Of a stretch of 64,000 nucleotides of DNA, positions 20,670 through 32,408 are shown piece by piece. Position numbers and translations under genes: made by a program. This DNA is from an uncultured Chloroflexia bacterium (GTDB taxonomy: Bacteria > Chloroflexota > Dehalococcoidia > DSTF01 > JACRBR01). Under the pieces are notes generated by a model. The model saw nothing but the letters and a program-made list of their open reading frames with translations, did no database searches and was not told the origin of the DNA. Numbering within the stretch: the first letter of the stretch is position 1; every line of letters starts with the position of its first letter. The stretch lies in assembly GCA_963743185.1 (NCBI GenBank), contig CAVUOT010000002.1:261781-325780 (forward strand), read 5' to 3'.

Positions 20670-21821
20670 CTATGCGACGCCGAGCCCCTGGCGGATGAAC
20701 TGGCAGATCTCGACTGTCGGCCCCTCGCCCTGCAGCGAGCTCTGCATCTGGTTGATGGTCACTGCGATGGCGAGCCCGGCCTCCGGGTCCGCGAACGCTG
20801 TAGAGCCGCCCGCACCGCTGTGACCGAACGCCGTGCGTCGCGGTCCGAACGCGCCGGTGACGCCGGCCCAACCGCCGCCCATCATGAATCCGACACCCTT
20901 CGGGATGGGCAGTATGAGCACGCGGTCGGGCTCCTCCGTGCGCACTCGCTGCATCTCGGCGATCCGCTCTCGGGACACGAGTCGCACGCCATCGATCTCG
21001 CCACCGCCCGCCAGCGCCGCGTACATCTTCGCGAGCGCCCGGGCGCTGAAATGCCCGTTCGCGGCGGGCAAACAACATTGCCGGATGCGCATGTCGTTGA
21101 AACTGAAGTCCGCGCCCGGCGGCATGGCCTTGAAGAAGTCGTGATCGGGCGGGATCGGCAGGTCCGCGGCCAGACCGCCGTCCAGCTCCTTGAGCGTCGC
21201 GAGGCGTTCCTCGACGCCGTCCGGGATGCCGACGTAGATCTCGTTCGCCATGCCGAGCGGGGCCGCGATCTCTTCCGCGATGACGTCCCGGATGTGTCGT
21301 CCCGTCGCCCCCTGGACGATGCCGCCGACGATCCAGCTGTAGGTGAGCGCGTGGTAGCCGGTCGCCGTGCCCGGCTCCCACGCCGGCGTGCCGTTCGCGA
21401 TGAAGGCGAGCCCCTGTCCCCAGTCGGTCACAAAGTCGGCCTTGAGCGGTGCGGGCACCGCGTGCAGACCGGCCTGGTGGCTCATCGCCTGCGCCACGGT
21501 GACACGGTCCTTCCCGTTCACGCCGAACTCGGGCCAGTACTGCGCGACCGGCGCCTCGTAGTCGATGAGCCCGCGGTCGGCGAGGATGTGCAGCGCCGTC
21601 GCGGCCACGCCTTTCGTAGTCGAGAACGAGCTGAACAACGTGTCCGCTTGCACCGGTCGAGGATCGTCCGGACCCATGGTGCCTGCGCAGACGTCCACGA
21701 TCATCTCGCCGTCTTTGTAGGCGCAAACCTGGACACCGATCTGCTCGCCGCGGTCTATCTGACGGCGCACGATGTCTCGGACTTCGGTGTCAAGGGCGCG
21801 ATTCGTCGTAACCACTCTCAT
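20670..21821 (-). CDS. Serine hydrolase of the class C beta-lactamase / esterase EstB family.
   Basis: S-x-x-K active-site motif (FSSFSTTKGVAATAL). The ATG at 21821 is preceded by an AAGGAG ribosome-binding site. Confidence 0.8.
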   Translation of the reverse strand: MRVVTTNRALDTEVRDIVRRQIDRGEQIGVQVCAYKDGEMIVDVCAGTMGPDDPRPVQADTLFSSFSTTKGVAATALHILADRGLIDYEAPVAQYWPEFGVNGKDRVTVAQAMSHQAGLHAVPAPLKADFVTDWGQGLAFIANGTPAWEPGTATGYHALTYSWIVGGIVQGATGRHIRDVIAEEIAAPLGMANEIYVGIPDGVEERLATLKELDGGLAADLPIPPDHDFFKAMPPGADFSFNDMRIRQCCLPAANGHFSARALAKMYAALAGGGEIDGVRLVSRERIAEMQRVRTEEPDRVLILPIPKGVGFMMGGGWAGVTGAFGPRRTAFGHSGAGGSTAFADPEAGLAIAVTINQMQSSLQGEGPTVEICQFIRQGLGVA

Positions 21822-22168
21822 AGCTCCTTGCGCTTCGAACCAAGCGGCGGTGGCGGCCAGGGAAAAGTCTAGCAGCACTCCGCCGTGCGCGGGCGGGCTC
21901 ATTCCGCGCAACACGGAGCCGACGCCGTCGTATCGCTGCCGCCGCCGGCCGCGGGTCGAACGGATGGTGCCGCACGGCAGGGGTGCCACGTGCCTTTGGG
22001 CTCTGGCGCCGAACTGCCATTCGGCATAGCGTCCCTTGCATGAGCGACGAACGTACGCGATCGCGCTGCGCCGGCCGCCTCGCCGTCAGGTTGCTCGTGC
22101 CCATCGCACCGGTACGCGCCGCGCCTTCCCTCACTACCGTTGCGTCTTGAGCCACCCGGAGGTTGATC

Positions 22169-24982
22169 ATGTCCACGAAGCCCATCGATTCTGGCACGGC
22201 GACGCGGAACGGCAATGGCGACGGGCACGCTGGTGCCACGGAGCACCGCTACCGCCAGAACGTAGAGTGGGACGCCGTCACGTGGGCGACGCACTGCGTC
22301 GACTGTTATCCCGGCAACTGCCCGTATCGCGTGTACGTCAAGGACGGCAAGATCGTCGGCGAGGAGCAGGCCGGGACGATGCCGGTCGTCGAAGAAGGCG
22401 TGCCGGACATGAACCCCCTGGGATGCCAGAAAGGCGCCGCCTGGAGCCAGATGCTGAACGCGCCCGAGCGGGTGTTGCACCCGCTGAAGCGCGCCGGTGC
22501 CCGCGGCGACGGCAAGTGGACAGAGGTCTCCTGGGACCAGGCGCTGACCGAGATCGCCGACCATATCCTCGACGCCATCGTGGAGGACGGTCCCGAGACG
22601 ATCATCAACGAGGGAACGCCCGGCGAGGGCGGCCTGATGACGGGCTTCATGTTCTCCCGGCTGATCGGCCTCCTCGGAGGTCTCGCGCTGGACACCAACG
22701 CGACCATCAACGACTTCTCGCCCGGCATCTACCTGACGTTCGGCAAGTTCGACCCGGCGAGCAGCATCGACGACATCTTCCACGCCGAGTTCATCATGTA
22801 CACGCACAGCAACCCGGCGTACACGATGATCCCGTCGTTCCACTTCACCACCGAGGCGCGCTACAAGGGCGCGGAGGTGGTGATGGTCGCGCCCGACTGC
22901 AGCCCGTCGCACACGCACGCCGACTACTACGTGCCGATCAAGCCCGGCACCGACGCGGCGCTCGGCCTCGCGATGGCGCAGGTGATCATCGAGGAAGGCA
23001 CGTACAACCGCGAGTTCGTCTGCGAGCAGACCGACCTGCCGTTGCTCGTGCGCGTCGATAACTGGCACTTCCTCCGCGGGTCCGACATGCAGGACGGCGG
23101 CCGCGACGACCAGTTCTACATCTGGGACGAAGCCGGCGACCGCCTGGCCGAGGCGCCGCTCGCGACGCTCGATCTCGGCGATCTGCGGCCGGCGCTCGCC
23201 GGCTCGCGGTCCGTGCAGCTCAAGGACGGCACCACGACCCACGTCGTCTCGGTCTTCGAGCTGATGAAGGAGCGGCTCGCGGGTTACACGCCGGAGAAGG
23301 CGTCCGAGATGTGCGGCGTGAACCCGGAGATGATCCGCACGCTCGCGCGGAAGATCGCGAGCAAGCGCGGCAGCATCTTCTGCGGCGCGACGTCGTTCAA
23401 GTACTACCACTCCGACCTGATGCTGCGGTCGTATCTGCTCGTGCTGGCGCTCACCGGCAACTGGGGCCGCAAGGGCACCGGGCCGGTCGAATGGTCGGTC
23501 GCCGGCTTCGACGGACCGTTCCTCTCGTTCGCCAAGAGCGACGTTGGCCGCGACGAAGCGCGCAAGGTCATCGAGCTGCGCAAAGTGCTGACCGGGGCGA
23601 TCAAGAGCGAGGACCCGACGATGACCGAGGAGATGGCGCACATCGAGCTGATGCACCGCTTCTCACAGGTACAGGGCCAGGTGCCGCCGGCGATGCTCTG
23701 GTACCAGCACTGGGGCTACAAGGAGCACTGGAACAACCCCGACTACAACGACCCGACGATGCAGCGCCCGTTCGACGACTACATCAAGGAAGCGCTGGCG
23801 AAGGACTGGTGGAAGTCCCCCGCGCGGACCGCCACGACCAAGACTCCCCGCGTCTACTTTGAAGTCGGCGGCAACGCCATGCGGCGCACGCGCGGCGGCC
23901 AGAACCTCATGCTGCCCAACCTCTGGGAGAAGCTCCGCTGCGCCGTCAGCGTCGACTGGCGCATGAACACCACCGGCATGTGGGCCGACTACGTCCTGCC
24001 GGTGGCCCACCACTTCGAGAAGATGGCCTTCATGTTCCCGACGCCGCACCTGATGAATCTCACCTTCTCCGACAAGGCGGTGGAGCCGCCGCCAGGCGTG
24101 ATGGCGGAAGTCGAGATGGCGGTGCTGCTGGCGGAGAAGGTCGAGGAGCGCGCGAAGGCCCGGGGCATCACGGAGCTGACCGATGCGCTCGGCGCTACGC
24201 GTCCAATCGCGGGACTCCGCAACCTGTTCACCATGAACGGCACGCTCGATAACACCGAGTCGCTCGCGCGCGAATGGGTGAGCGACGCCGTCGAGTCCGG
24301 CAACCTGCCCGAGGGCACGTCGCTCGACACGCTGCGCGACAAGGGCTACATGCGCTTCCTCAACTGGGGCATGGGGCCGATGTCGCACAGCCAGGCGGCC
24401 GATATCAAGATGGACGAAACGCACACGGCGTTCACGTGGCACACCGAGAAGAAGGTCCCGTACCCGACGCTGACGCGCCGCGCCCAGTTCTACATCGACC
24501 ACGAGTGGTTCATGGAGGCCGACGAGGCGCTGCCGTGCCACAAGGACAATCCTCCGCAAGGCGGCGACTTCCCGTTCTCGATGACCAGCGGGCACAACCG
24601 TTGGAGCATCCACTCCATGAACATCACCAACAAGACGCTGCTGCAGACGCACCGCGGCCGCCCGCACCTGGTGATGAACGACGGCGACGCCGCCCGTCTC
24701 GACATCCACGACGAGGAAGAGGTCGATGTGCACAACGACCTCGGCACCTTCATCGTGCCGGTGAAGCTCTCACCGAGCGTCCGGCCGGGACAGGTGATCT
24801 CGTACAACGGCTGGGAGCCCTACCAGTACAAGACGTGGAAAGGCGCCTCCGACCTGGAGCCGGGCATGGTGAAGTGGCTGCACTTCGCCGGCGACTACGG
24901 GCACCTGCGCTACTGGCCGCTCCAGTGGCAACCGGTGCCGTTCGACCGAGGCATCCGCGTCGACGTGTCGAAGATCGATTAG
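22169..24982 (+). CDS. Molybdopterin oxidoreductase of the DMSO-reductase family with a NarG-like (type II) N-terminal FeS motif. There is no Tat signal.
   Basis: THCVDCYPGNCPYRVYVKDGK gives an H-x3-C-x4-C motif, compared with NarG HGVNCTGSCSWKIYVKNG. FHFTTEARYKGAEVVMVAPDCSP and IKPGTDAALGLAMAQVI align with NarG-family blocks. The intact ORF is 938 aa. A GGAGG ribosome-binding site sits 7 nt upstream. Confidence 0.8.
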   Translation: MSTKPIDSGTATRNGNGDGHAGATEHRYRQNVEWDAVTWATHCVDCYPGNCPYRVYVKDGKIVGEEQAGTMPVVEEGVPDMNPLGCQKGAAWSQMLNAPERVLHPLKRAGARGDGKWTEVSWDQALTEIADHILDAIVEDGPETIINEGTPGEGGLMTGFMFSRLIGLLGGLALDTNATINDFSPGIYLTFGKFDPASSIDDIFHAEFIMYTHSNPAYTMIPSFHFTTEARYKGAEVVMVAPDCSPSHTHADYYVPIKPGTDAALGLAMAQVIIEEGTYNREFVCEQTDLPLLVRVDNWHFLRGSDMQDGGRDDQFYIWDEAGDRLAEAPLATLDLGDLRPALAGSRSVQLKDGTTTHVVSVFELMKERLAGYTPEKASEMCGVNPEMIRTLARKIASKRGSIFCGATSFKYYHSDLMLRSYLLVLALTGNWGRKGTGPVEWSVAGFDGPFLSFAKSDVGRDEARKVIELRKVLTGAIKSEDPTMTEEMAHIELMHRFSQVQGQVPPAMLWYQHWGYKEHWNNPDYNDPTMQRPFDDYIKEALAKDWWKSPARTATTKTPRVYFEVGGNAMRRTRGGQNLMLPNLWEKLRCAVSVDWRMNTTGMWADYVLPVAHHFEKMAFMFPTPHLMNLTFSDKAVEPPPGVMAEVEMAVLLAEKVEERAKARGITELTDALGATRPIAGLRNLFTMNGTLDNTESLAREWVSDAVESGNLPEGTSLDTLRDKGYMRFLNWGMGPMSHSQAADIKMDETHTAFTWHTEKKVPYPTLTRRAQFYIDHEWFMEADEALPCHKDNPPQGGDFPFSMTSGHNRWSIHSMNITNKTLLQTHRGRPHLVMNDGDAARLDIHDEEEVDVHNDLGTFIVPVKLSPSVRPGQVISYNGWEPYQYKTWKGASDLEPGMVKWLHFAGDYGHLRYWPLQWQPVPFDRGIRVDVSKID

Positions 24983-25079
24983 CGGGCGTTGGCAGGGTCG
25001 TTCTGAATCGTGGCGCGGGCTTTCAGCCCGCGTCCCCGCGTCCGGACTTCGCGCCGATGCCGGCCGCCGGAACGGCGTG

Positions 25080-25740
25080 TCAGAGTTCCATCTCGCGCAA
25101 CGCCGGAGACCGGCGCAGCGCCGGCTCCGTGCGTGACTGCACGTCATCCGGGTCGACGCCGGGTGCGACCTCGGTCAGTAGCAGGCCCTCCGGATGCACC
25201 TCGATCACCGCGAGGTCGGTGACGATCAGGTCGACCACGCCCGTCGCCGTGAGCGGGTACTCGCACGCTCTGCGGATGCGCGGCCGGCCGCCGGGCGCCG
25301 TATGCGTCATCGCCACGATCAGCCGTTTCGCACCGCACGCGAGGTCCATGGCGCCGCCGATGGAACCGCCCCCTCGCCCCGGCAGGTACCAGTTGGCGAG
25401 GTCGCCGCGCTCCGACACCTCGAGCCCGCCCAGCACCGCTACGTCCACGTGCCCGCCCCGGATCATCGCGAACGATGCGGCGCTGTCGAAGAAGCTGGCG
25501 CCCGGGACGCAACGTCACGGGCTGCCCGCCGGCGTTGATCAGGTCCGGATCGAAGTCCGCGTCGCTGATCGGCCCGTAGCCGAGGATGCCGTCCTCCGCC
25601 TGCAGGAAGATCTCCGCGCCCGGCGGCAGGAAGTTGGACACCAGCGTCGGCAAGCCGATGCCGAGGTTCACGACCATGCCGTCGCGCAGCTCGCGCGCGA
25701 CTCTCAGCGCAATCAGCTCGCGGCTCAACCCCTCTGCCAT
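25080..25740 (-). CDS. scoB: 3-oxoacid CoA-transferase subunit B, with an apparent 1-nt insertion near 25499.
   Basis: N-terminus [32 protein letters not shown]. The C-terminus [36 protein letters not shown] is in the second frame. Confidence 0.8.
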
Positions 25741-25744
25741 CGGG

Positions 25745-26437
25745 CTATCCCTCCCAGCGCACGGGCACGGGATCGCAGCGCACGATGCGATCGACGTACA
25801 CCCCGGGCGTGCCGACGTCCTCCGGGTCGATGCCGCCCGGCTCGACGATCTCCTCGACCTCGGCGATCACCAGGTCGGCCGCCGTCGCCATGGCCGGGTT
25901 GAAGTTGCGGCCGGCGCCCCGGTACTGCAGGTTGCCCAGCCTGTCCGCGCGATACGCCTTGACCAGCGCGAAATCGGCGCGCAGCGGCAGCTCCAGCAAG
26001 AACTCGGTGCCGTTCACGTCGATCCGCCGCTTCCCTTCCTCCACCACTGTCCCGAGCCCGGTGCGCGTCAGGAAGCCGCCGATCCCCGCGCCGCCCGCCC
26101 GGATTCGCTCGACGAACGTCCCCTGCGGTACCAGCTCCAGCTCCACTTCGCCCCGGCGGTACTGCTCCTCGAAGCGGCTCGCGCGCGCGCCGGAGGCGCG
26201 GATCGCGAACGTCGCGATGAACTTCGCCAGCTGTCGCTCCTCGCACAGTACGTCCAGCAGATCGCCGAGCCCGATGTTGTTCGCGACGCCCGTGATCCCC
26301 TTCGTGCCGCGCCGCTGCAGCGCGAGGATCAGGTTGGACGGCGTCCCGGCCGACACGAATCCGCCGAACATGATGGTCGCGCCGTCAAACACGCCATCCA
26401 GCGCATCGTCCGGCGTCGCGAAGATCTTCTCGATCAT
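25745..26437 (-). CDS. scoA: 3-oxoacid CoA-transferase subunit A.
   Basis: MIEKIF...IMFGGFVSAGTPSNLILAL...ELELVPQGTFVERIRAGGAGIGGFLT. The ORF is intact. Confidence 0.85.
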   Translation of the reverse strand: MIEKIFATPDDALDGVFDGATIMFGGFVSAGTPSNLILALQRRGTKGITGVANNIGLGDLLDVLCEERQLAKFIATFAIRASGARASRFEEQYRRGEVELELVPQGTFVERIRAGGAGIGGFLTRTGLGTVVEEGKRRIDVNGTEFLLELPLRADFALVKAYRADRLGNLQYRGAGRNFNPAMATAADLVIAEVEEIVEPGGIDPEDVGTPGVYVDRIVRCDPVPVRWEG

Positions 26438-27363
26438 GAGACCTCAGCGAGCGCGCCCTCGCCGGCGCCTTTCACACGTCCCGGGAGCGTGTGGCCGACG
26501 ATGCCTTCGATCCACCGCGCCGTATCGACGATCGATCGCAGGTCGATGCCCGTCGCGATGCCCATCCGGCGCAGCATATACGCCAGGTCCTCCGTGGCCA
26601 CGTTGCCGGCCGCGCCCGGTGCGTACGGGCAGCCGCCGAGCCCGCCGACCGAGCTGTCGAAGCTGTCGACGCCCTCCTCGAGCGCCGCGAGCACGTTGGC
26701 AAGTCCTGTCCCGCGTGTATCGTGGAAGTGCAGGCGCAGCGGCACATCCGGCAGCCGAGCGCGAAACTCCCGCACCACCGCGGACACCTGTCGCGGATTC
26801 GCCGCGCCGATCGTATCGCCGAGCGCGACCGCGTACGATCCGAGCGCGCGCAGCCGGACGGCGACCGCGATGACGTCGGCAATCGCCACCGCGCCCTCGT
26901 ACGGGCAGCCGAATGCCGTCGCGATGTAGCCGCACCATGGCTTGCCCGCGTCCTTCGCCAGCCGCGCCACGATCTCGATGCCCGCCAGCGACTCTTCGAC
27001 CGTGCGGTTCACGTTGCGGAGGTTGTGCGTTTCGCTCGCCGATACCACCGTCGCCAGCTCATCCGCCCCTGCCGCGATCGCGTTCCGCGCGCCCACCTCG
27101 TTCGGCACCAGCGCCACGTACGTGACGTCCGGGCGCCGTTGCAGCCGGGTTACCACCTCCGACGCGTCACGCATCTGCGGGATCGCTTTCGGACTGACGA
27201 ACGATGCGACTTCGATGCGGCGCAGTCCCGCCGCGGCGAGACGGTCGATCATCTCAAGCTTGCGCTCGACGTCGAGAAACGTGTCCTCGTTCTGCAGGCC
27301 GTCGCGCGGCCCCACTTCTGTGATCGTCACGCGCTCAGGGAGCAGCATCGCTGGCCTCCACAC
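26434..27363 (-). CDS. Hydroxymethylglutaryl-CoA lyase.
   Basis: VTITEVGPRDGLQNE...TIGAANPRQV...RLHFHDTRGTGLANVLAALEEG, ending ...CPYAPGAAGN. The ORF is intact. Confidence 0.85.
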   Translation of the reverse strand: MWRPAMLLPERVTITEVGPRDGLQNEDTFLDVERKLEMIDRLAAAGLRRIEVASFVSPKAIPQMRDASEVVTRLQRRPDVTYVALVPNEVGARNAIAAGADELATVVSASETHNLRNVNRTVEESLAGIEIVARLAKDAGKPWCGYIATAFGCPYEGAVAIADVIAVAVRLRALGSYAVALGDTIGAANPRQVSAVVREFRARLPDVPLRLHFHDTRGTGLANVLAALEEGVDSFDSSVGGLGGCPYAPGAAGNVATEDLAYMLRRMGIATGIDLRSIVDTARWIEGIVGHTLPGRVKGAGEGALAEVS

Positions 27364-29333
27364 CTGTCGTTACCTCGATCACGATCTCCCCTTCCGCGAC
27401 GCGTTGCCCCACCCGGCAGCGTACGCGATGCACCACGCCGTCGATATTCGAGTGGATGATGTGCTCGATCTTCATCGCTTCCAGCATGACCAGCGGTTGG
27501 CGCGCCGTGACATGGTCACCCTCCGCCACCAGCACGCGCACGACGACGCCCGGCATCGGCGCCCGCATCTCGCCCGTATGGCTCGCTGCCGACGAAGCGG
27601 AGCCACCGGACGTCGACGGCGCCGGCCGCCCCAGGACGTACCGCCGACCGCCCCGTTCGAGGATCAGCCGCCCGCCCTCGCGCCGCACCTCGCCACGCGG
27701 CCTCGGCGCCGCCCGTTCGTACGATCACCTCGCCCGACGGACCCGCACTTACTTCTAACTCCTGCGTACACCCGCCGGACGTGACGCGCCAGCCGTCTCT
27801 GCGGGACGCAATGCGCTCAACCTCCGCGGCGATGCGGCGGCCCTGATACATGTACTCCAGTCGCGCCCGCCCCCCGACGCGCCACGCGCCCAGCACGCTC
27901 CACGGGTCGTCGCCTCGCGCCTTCTCGAACGGGCCGGCATCCGCCGCGACCGCCGCCAGCAGCACGTCGTCCGGGAGCACCGGAGCGAACGAGGCCGGCG
28001 GCATCGACTCCAGGAGTCCGAGGTCGTATGTTCCGGCCACGAACGCCGGATGCGCCACGACGGCCTCCAGCAGCCCCAGGTTCGTCCTCACGCCTTCCAC
28101 CGCGCACGCAGACAATGCGCGCGCACAACCCTCGATCGCCTCGGCACGCGAGGGGGCGTGCACGACGAGCTTCGCGAGCAGCGAATCGTACTCGGCCGGC
28201 ACCAGCGAGCCCGACGCGATCCCGGCGTCGACGCGCACGCCGTCGCCGGTGGGCGGCGCGAAGTACGTCACGCGCCCGCTCGAGGGCACGTGGCCGCGCT
28301 CGGAGTCCTCCGCGCAGATGCGGCACTCGATCGCGTGCCCCGACACGCGCACGTCTTCCTGCGAGAACGGCAGCGGCTCACCGGCGGCGATGCGCAGCTG
28401 CAGCTCCACCAGATCGAGCCCGGTCACCATCTCCGTCACCGCGTGCTCGACCTGCAGCCGCGTGTTGACCTCGAGAAAGTAGAAGCCGCCGTCGCGATCG
28501 AGCAGGAACTCCACCGTGCCCGCGTTCACGTAGCCGGCCGCCCGCACGAGCGCCAGCGCGGCGGCGCCCATGCGCTCTCGCAGTGCATCGTCGATGCCGG
28601 GCGCCGGGCTCTCCTCGACCACCTTCTGGTGCCGGCGCTGGATCGAACAGTCCCGCTCGCCCAGATGCACGGCGTGGCCCTGCGAATCAGCCAGCACCTG
28701 CACTTCCACGTGCCGCCCGCCGACGACGGCCCGCTCGACGAAGAGCCGGCCGTCCCCGAACGCCGCCGCCGCCTCGCGGGCCGCGCTCGCCAGCGCTTCC
28801 GGGAGCGCGTCGGGCGAGTCGACGAGCCGCATGCCGCGGCCGCCACCGCCCGCGGCCGCCTTCACCATCAGCGGGAAGCCAATCGCCAGCGCCGCCCGCG
28901 AGATAGCGCCGGGGTCCGATAGTTCCGCGTCGAGTCCGGGCAACACCGGCACGCCGCACTCCGCGGCCAGGCGCCGTGCCGCGACCTTGTCGCCGAGCAG
29001 TCGCATCGCCGCCGCCGGAGGCCCGACGAACGTAATGCCGGCCGCCGCGCACGCGTCCGGCAGCGCCGGATTCTCGGAGAGGAAGCCATAGCCGGGATGG
29101 ATCGCGTCAACACCCGTGCGACGTGCCGCCGCGACGATCGCGGCGATATCGAGGTAGCTCGCCGACGCGCGCGCCGGCCCGATGCGCACGGCCTCGTCCG
29201 CCCGCCGCACGTGCAGCGCGTCCCGGTCCGCGTCGGAGTACACGGCGACCGTGGCGACCCCGAGCCGTGCACACGTCCTCATGATGCGGAGCGCGATCTC
29301 GCCGCGATTGGCGACGAGCACCTTCTTAAACAT
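27335..29333 (-). CDS. Methylcrotonyl-CoA (acyl-CoA) carboxylase alpha subunit: biotin carboxylase plus biotin carboxyl carrier protein. There is an apparent frameshift near 27700.
   Basis: MFKKVLVANRGEIALRIMRTC...HPGYGFLSEN is the biotin carboxylase part. The C-terminal biotinyl domain (LEAMKIEHIIHSN) lies in a second frame (ORF 27335..27688). Confidence 0.8.
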
Positions 29334-29431
29334 TGCGCGGCACCGCACGGCGCGCCGCTCGCTTTACGAGAGACGCCGCGACGGCTTCGACAGGTACGCG
29401 GCGGGTACGTTCGACGTAGCGTGTTGTCATG

Positions 29432-31087
29432 CTACATGCGGAACACGCCGAACCGCGTCGGCGCGATCGGCGCGTTGAGCGAGGCGCTGATGCCGAGCGC
29501 CAGCACCGCGCGCGTGTCCAGCGGATCGATGATGCCGTCGTCCCACAGCCGCGCGGTGCTGTAGTATGCGCTCCCCTCTTCCTCGTATTTCTCCATCGTC
29601 GGCCGCATGAACTCCTCCTGCTCGGCCGTCGTCATGTCGCCGCCGCGCGAGCGCAAGTTGTCGAGCCGCACCGTGAGCAGCACGCTCGCGGCCTGCTGAC
29701 CGCCCATCACCGAGATCTTCGCGTTCGGCCACATCCAAAGGAAGCGCGGATCGTAGGCCCGTCCGCACATCGCGTAGTTGCCGGCGCCGAAGGAACCGCC
29801 GATCACCACCGTGAACTTCGGCACGTTCGCGTTCGCGACCGCCATCACCATCTTCGCGCCGTGCTTCGCGATGCCCTCGGCCTCGTACCGCTGCCCCACC
29901 ATGAAGCCCGTGATGTTCTGCAAGAACACGAGCGGAACTCGCCGCGCCGCGCACAACTCGATGAAGTGCGCGCCCTTCACCGCGCTCTCCGAGAAGAGGA
30001 TCCCGTTATTGGCGATGATCCCGGCGGGATAGCCCATGATCCGCGCGAAACCGCACACCAGCGTCGGACCGTAGTCCGCTTTGAACTCGTGGAACCGGCT
30101 GCCGTCGACGATGCGAGCGATCACCTCTCGCACTTCGAATCCCCCGCGCGGAGTCGGCCGCCACCAGTCCGTACAGACCGGCGGGATCGTACAGCGGCGG
30201 TTCGGACTCCAGCACCGGCCACGGCGCCTGCTTCGTCCGCGGCAGCGATGCGACGATGCTGCGAGCGATCGCCAGCGCGTGGTCGTCGCCGTCGGCGCGG
30301 TGGTCGGCCACGCCCGAACGCTCGGTGTGCACGCGTGCCCCTCCGAGGTCTTCCGCCGATACCTCCTCGCCGGTCGCCGCCTTCACCAGCGGCGGGCCGC
30401 CCAGGAAGATGGTGCCGGTGCCGTCGACGATCACCGTTTCGTCGCTCATCGCCGGGACGTACGCGCCGCCCGCCGTGCACGACCCCATCACGACCGCGAT
30501 CTGCGTGATGCCCTTCGCCGACATCTGCGCCTGGTTGAAGAAGATGCGCCCGAAGTGCTCGCGGTCGGGGAACACCTCCGCCTGGCGCGGCAAGAACGCC
30601 CCGCCCGAGTCGACCAGGTAGATGCATGGCAGATGATTCTGCTCGGCGATCTCCTGCGCCCTCAGGTGCTTCTTCACCGTCAGCGGGTAGTACGTGCCGC
30701 CCTTGACCGTCGCGTCGTTCGCGACGATCACCACTTCTGTCCCGCAGACCCGCCCGACGCCGGTGACGATGCCGGCCGACGGCGCGTCGCCGTCGTACAT
30801 CTCCCACGCGGCGAGCGGGCTCAGCTCCAGGAACGCGGTCGCCGGATCGACCAGGCGTTCGATGCGCTCGCGCGCCGTCAGCTTGCCCCGCGAGCGATGC
30901 CGCTCCACCGACTCGGCGCCGCCACCCTCGCGCACCAGCGCTTCGCGCCGCCGCAGCTCCGTGACGGCCGCCGTCATCTCGGCTCGATTCGCCTCGAACT
31001 CCGGGCTGCCTTCGTCGAGCGACGACGGCAAGATCGGGACGGCTTCCTGGAAGCTGGATGGGGCTGTGCTGTCCAACGACGCCTCCA
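29432..31087 (-). CDS. Methylcrotonyl-CoA carboxylase beta (carboxyltransferase) subunit, with an apparent frameshift near 30140.
   Basis: The N-terminal half ([14 protein letters not shown]...[24 protein letters not shown]) and the C-terminal half ([17 protein letters not shown]...[19 protein letters not shown]) are in different frames. The start at 31087 is an approximate GTG. Confidence 0.75.
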
Positions 31088-31179
31088 CACCTGTTCGACG
31101 CGGGAATTGTAGCCGGTCTCGCGCCACGATCACGCGCCGTCGCCTTGCACGACCGCGGACCCGGACGTATACCGGATGC

Positions 31180-32319
31180 GTGACGGTCGACCTGCTGACC
31201 GACGAGCACCGCCTCGTGCGCGACACTGTGCTGGCGTTCGCCCGTCGCGAACTCGCCCCCATCGCCGACGAGATCGACCGCTCCGACACGTTCCCGCCCG
31301 GCCTGTTCCGCCAGCTCGGAGATCTGGGCGTGCTCGGCGTCACCGTCCCGAAGCAATACGGCGGCGCCGGCGCCGACCTGCTGACCGGCGTCCTCATCAT
31401 CGAGCAGCTCGCGCGCGTCTCCGCGTCCGTCGCCCTCTCGTACGGCGCGCACGCGAACCTCTGCGTCCACAACCTCTACGTCAACGGCAGCGAAGAGCAG
31501 CGGCGCGCCTATCTCCCCGGCCTCTGCTCCGGTGCGCAGGTCGGCGCCCTCGCCCTTACCGAGTCCGACGCCGGCTCCGACGCGACCGGCATCCGCACCA
31601 CCGCCGTCGCTGATGGCGATGACTTCGTGCTCAACGGCGGCAAGATGTTCATCACGAACGGCACGATCGCCGACGTGTTCGTGCTTTACGCCAAGACCAG
31701 CCCCGAAAAGGGCTCGCACGGTATCACCGCGTTCATCGTTGAGAAGGGCTTCCCCGGCTTCTCCGTCGAACGCAAGCTCGACAAGTTCGGCCACCGCGGC
31801 TCGCCGACCGCCGAGTTGCGGCTCGACGACTGCCGCGTCCCGCGCCGCAACGTCCTCGGCACGATCGACCAGGGCGTCGGCGTCATGATGCGCGGCCTCG
31901 ACTGCGAGCGCGTGTTCCTCGCCGGCGAATCGATCGGCATCGCCGAAGAAGCGTTGGCGCTGTCGATCGACTACGCCCGCAATCGCAAGCAGTTCGGCCA
32001 GCCCATCGGCAGCTTCCAGCTCGTCCAGGCCAAGCTCGCCGATATGTACACGAATCTCGAGGCCGCGCGAGCGCTCGTCTACCAGACCGCCGTGCGCGCC
32101 GAGCAGGGGCCCGTGCCCAAGGAAGCCGCCGCGTCCATTCTCTTCGCGGCCGAGATGTCGACGCGCGTCGCGCTCGATGCGATGCAGGTGCACGGCGGCT
32201 ACGGCTACCTCAACGATCTGCCGCTCGGCCGCCTCGTGCGGGATGCCAAGCTGCTCGAGATCGGTGCGGGCACATCCGAGATCCGCCGCCTGATCATCGG
32301 GCGCGACCTGACGAAATAG
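31180..32319 (+). CDS. ivd: Isovaleryl-CoA dehydrogenase.
   Basis: Acyl-CoA dehydrogenase fold ([29 protein letters not shown]...[19 protein letters not shown]...[30 protein letters not shown]). GTG start. The gene is divergent from the carboxylase operon. Confidence 0.85.
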   Translation: MTVDLLTDEHRLVRDTVLAFARRELAPIADEIDRSDTFPPGLFRQLGDLGVLGVTVPKQYGGAGADLLTGVLIIEQLARVSASVALSYGAHANLCVHNLYVNGSEEQRRAYLPGLCSGAQVGALALTESDAGSDATGIRTTAVADGDDFVLNGGKMFITNGTIADVFVLYAKTSPEKGSHGITAFIVEKGFPGFSVERKLDKFGHRGSPTAELRLDDCRVPRRNVLGTIDQGVGVMMRGLDCERVFLAGESIGIAEEALALSIDYARNRKQFGQPIGSFQLVQAKLADMYTNLEAARALVYQTAVRAEQGPVPKEAAASILFAAEMSTRVALDAMQVHGGYGYLNDLPLGRLVRDAKLLEIGAGTSEIRRLIIGRDLTK

Positions 32320-32408
32320 CGCCGCACGCCGCGACGGCGGGCACGCCACGCTGGGGGCAGCTCAGCAAACACACCGCTGCGGCGAGCGTCGGCGGGACGG
32401 AGGGGCGA

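Noticed and set aside
30121-32349. A 742-aa minus-strand ORF.
   Set aside because: It is antisense to ivd and out of frame with the carboxylase beta gene. The real genes fully explain this region.
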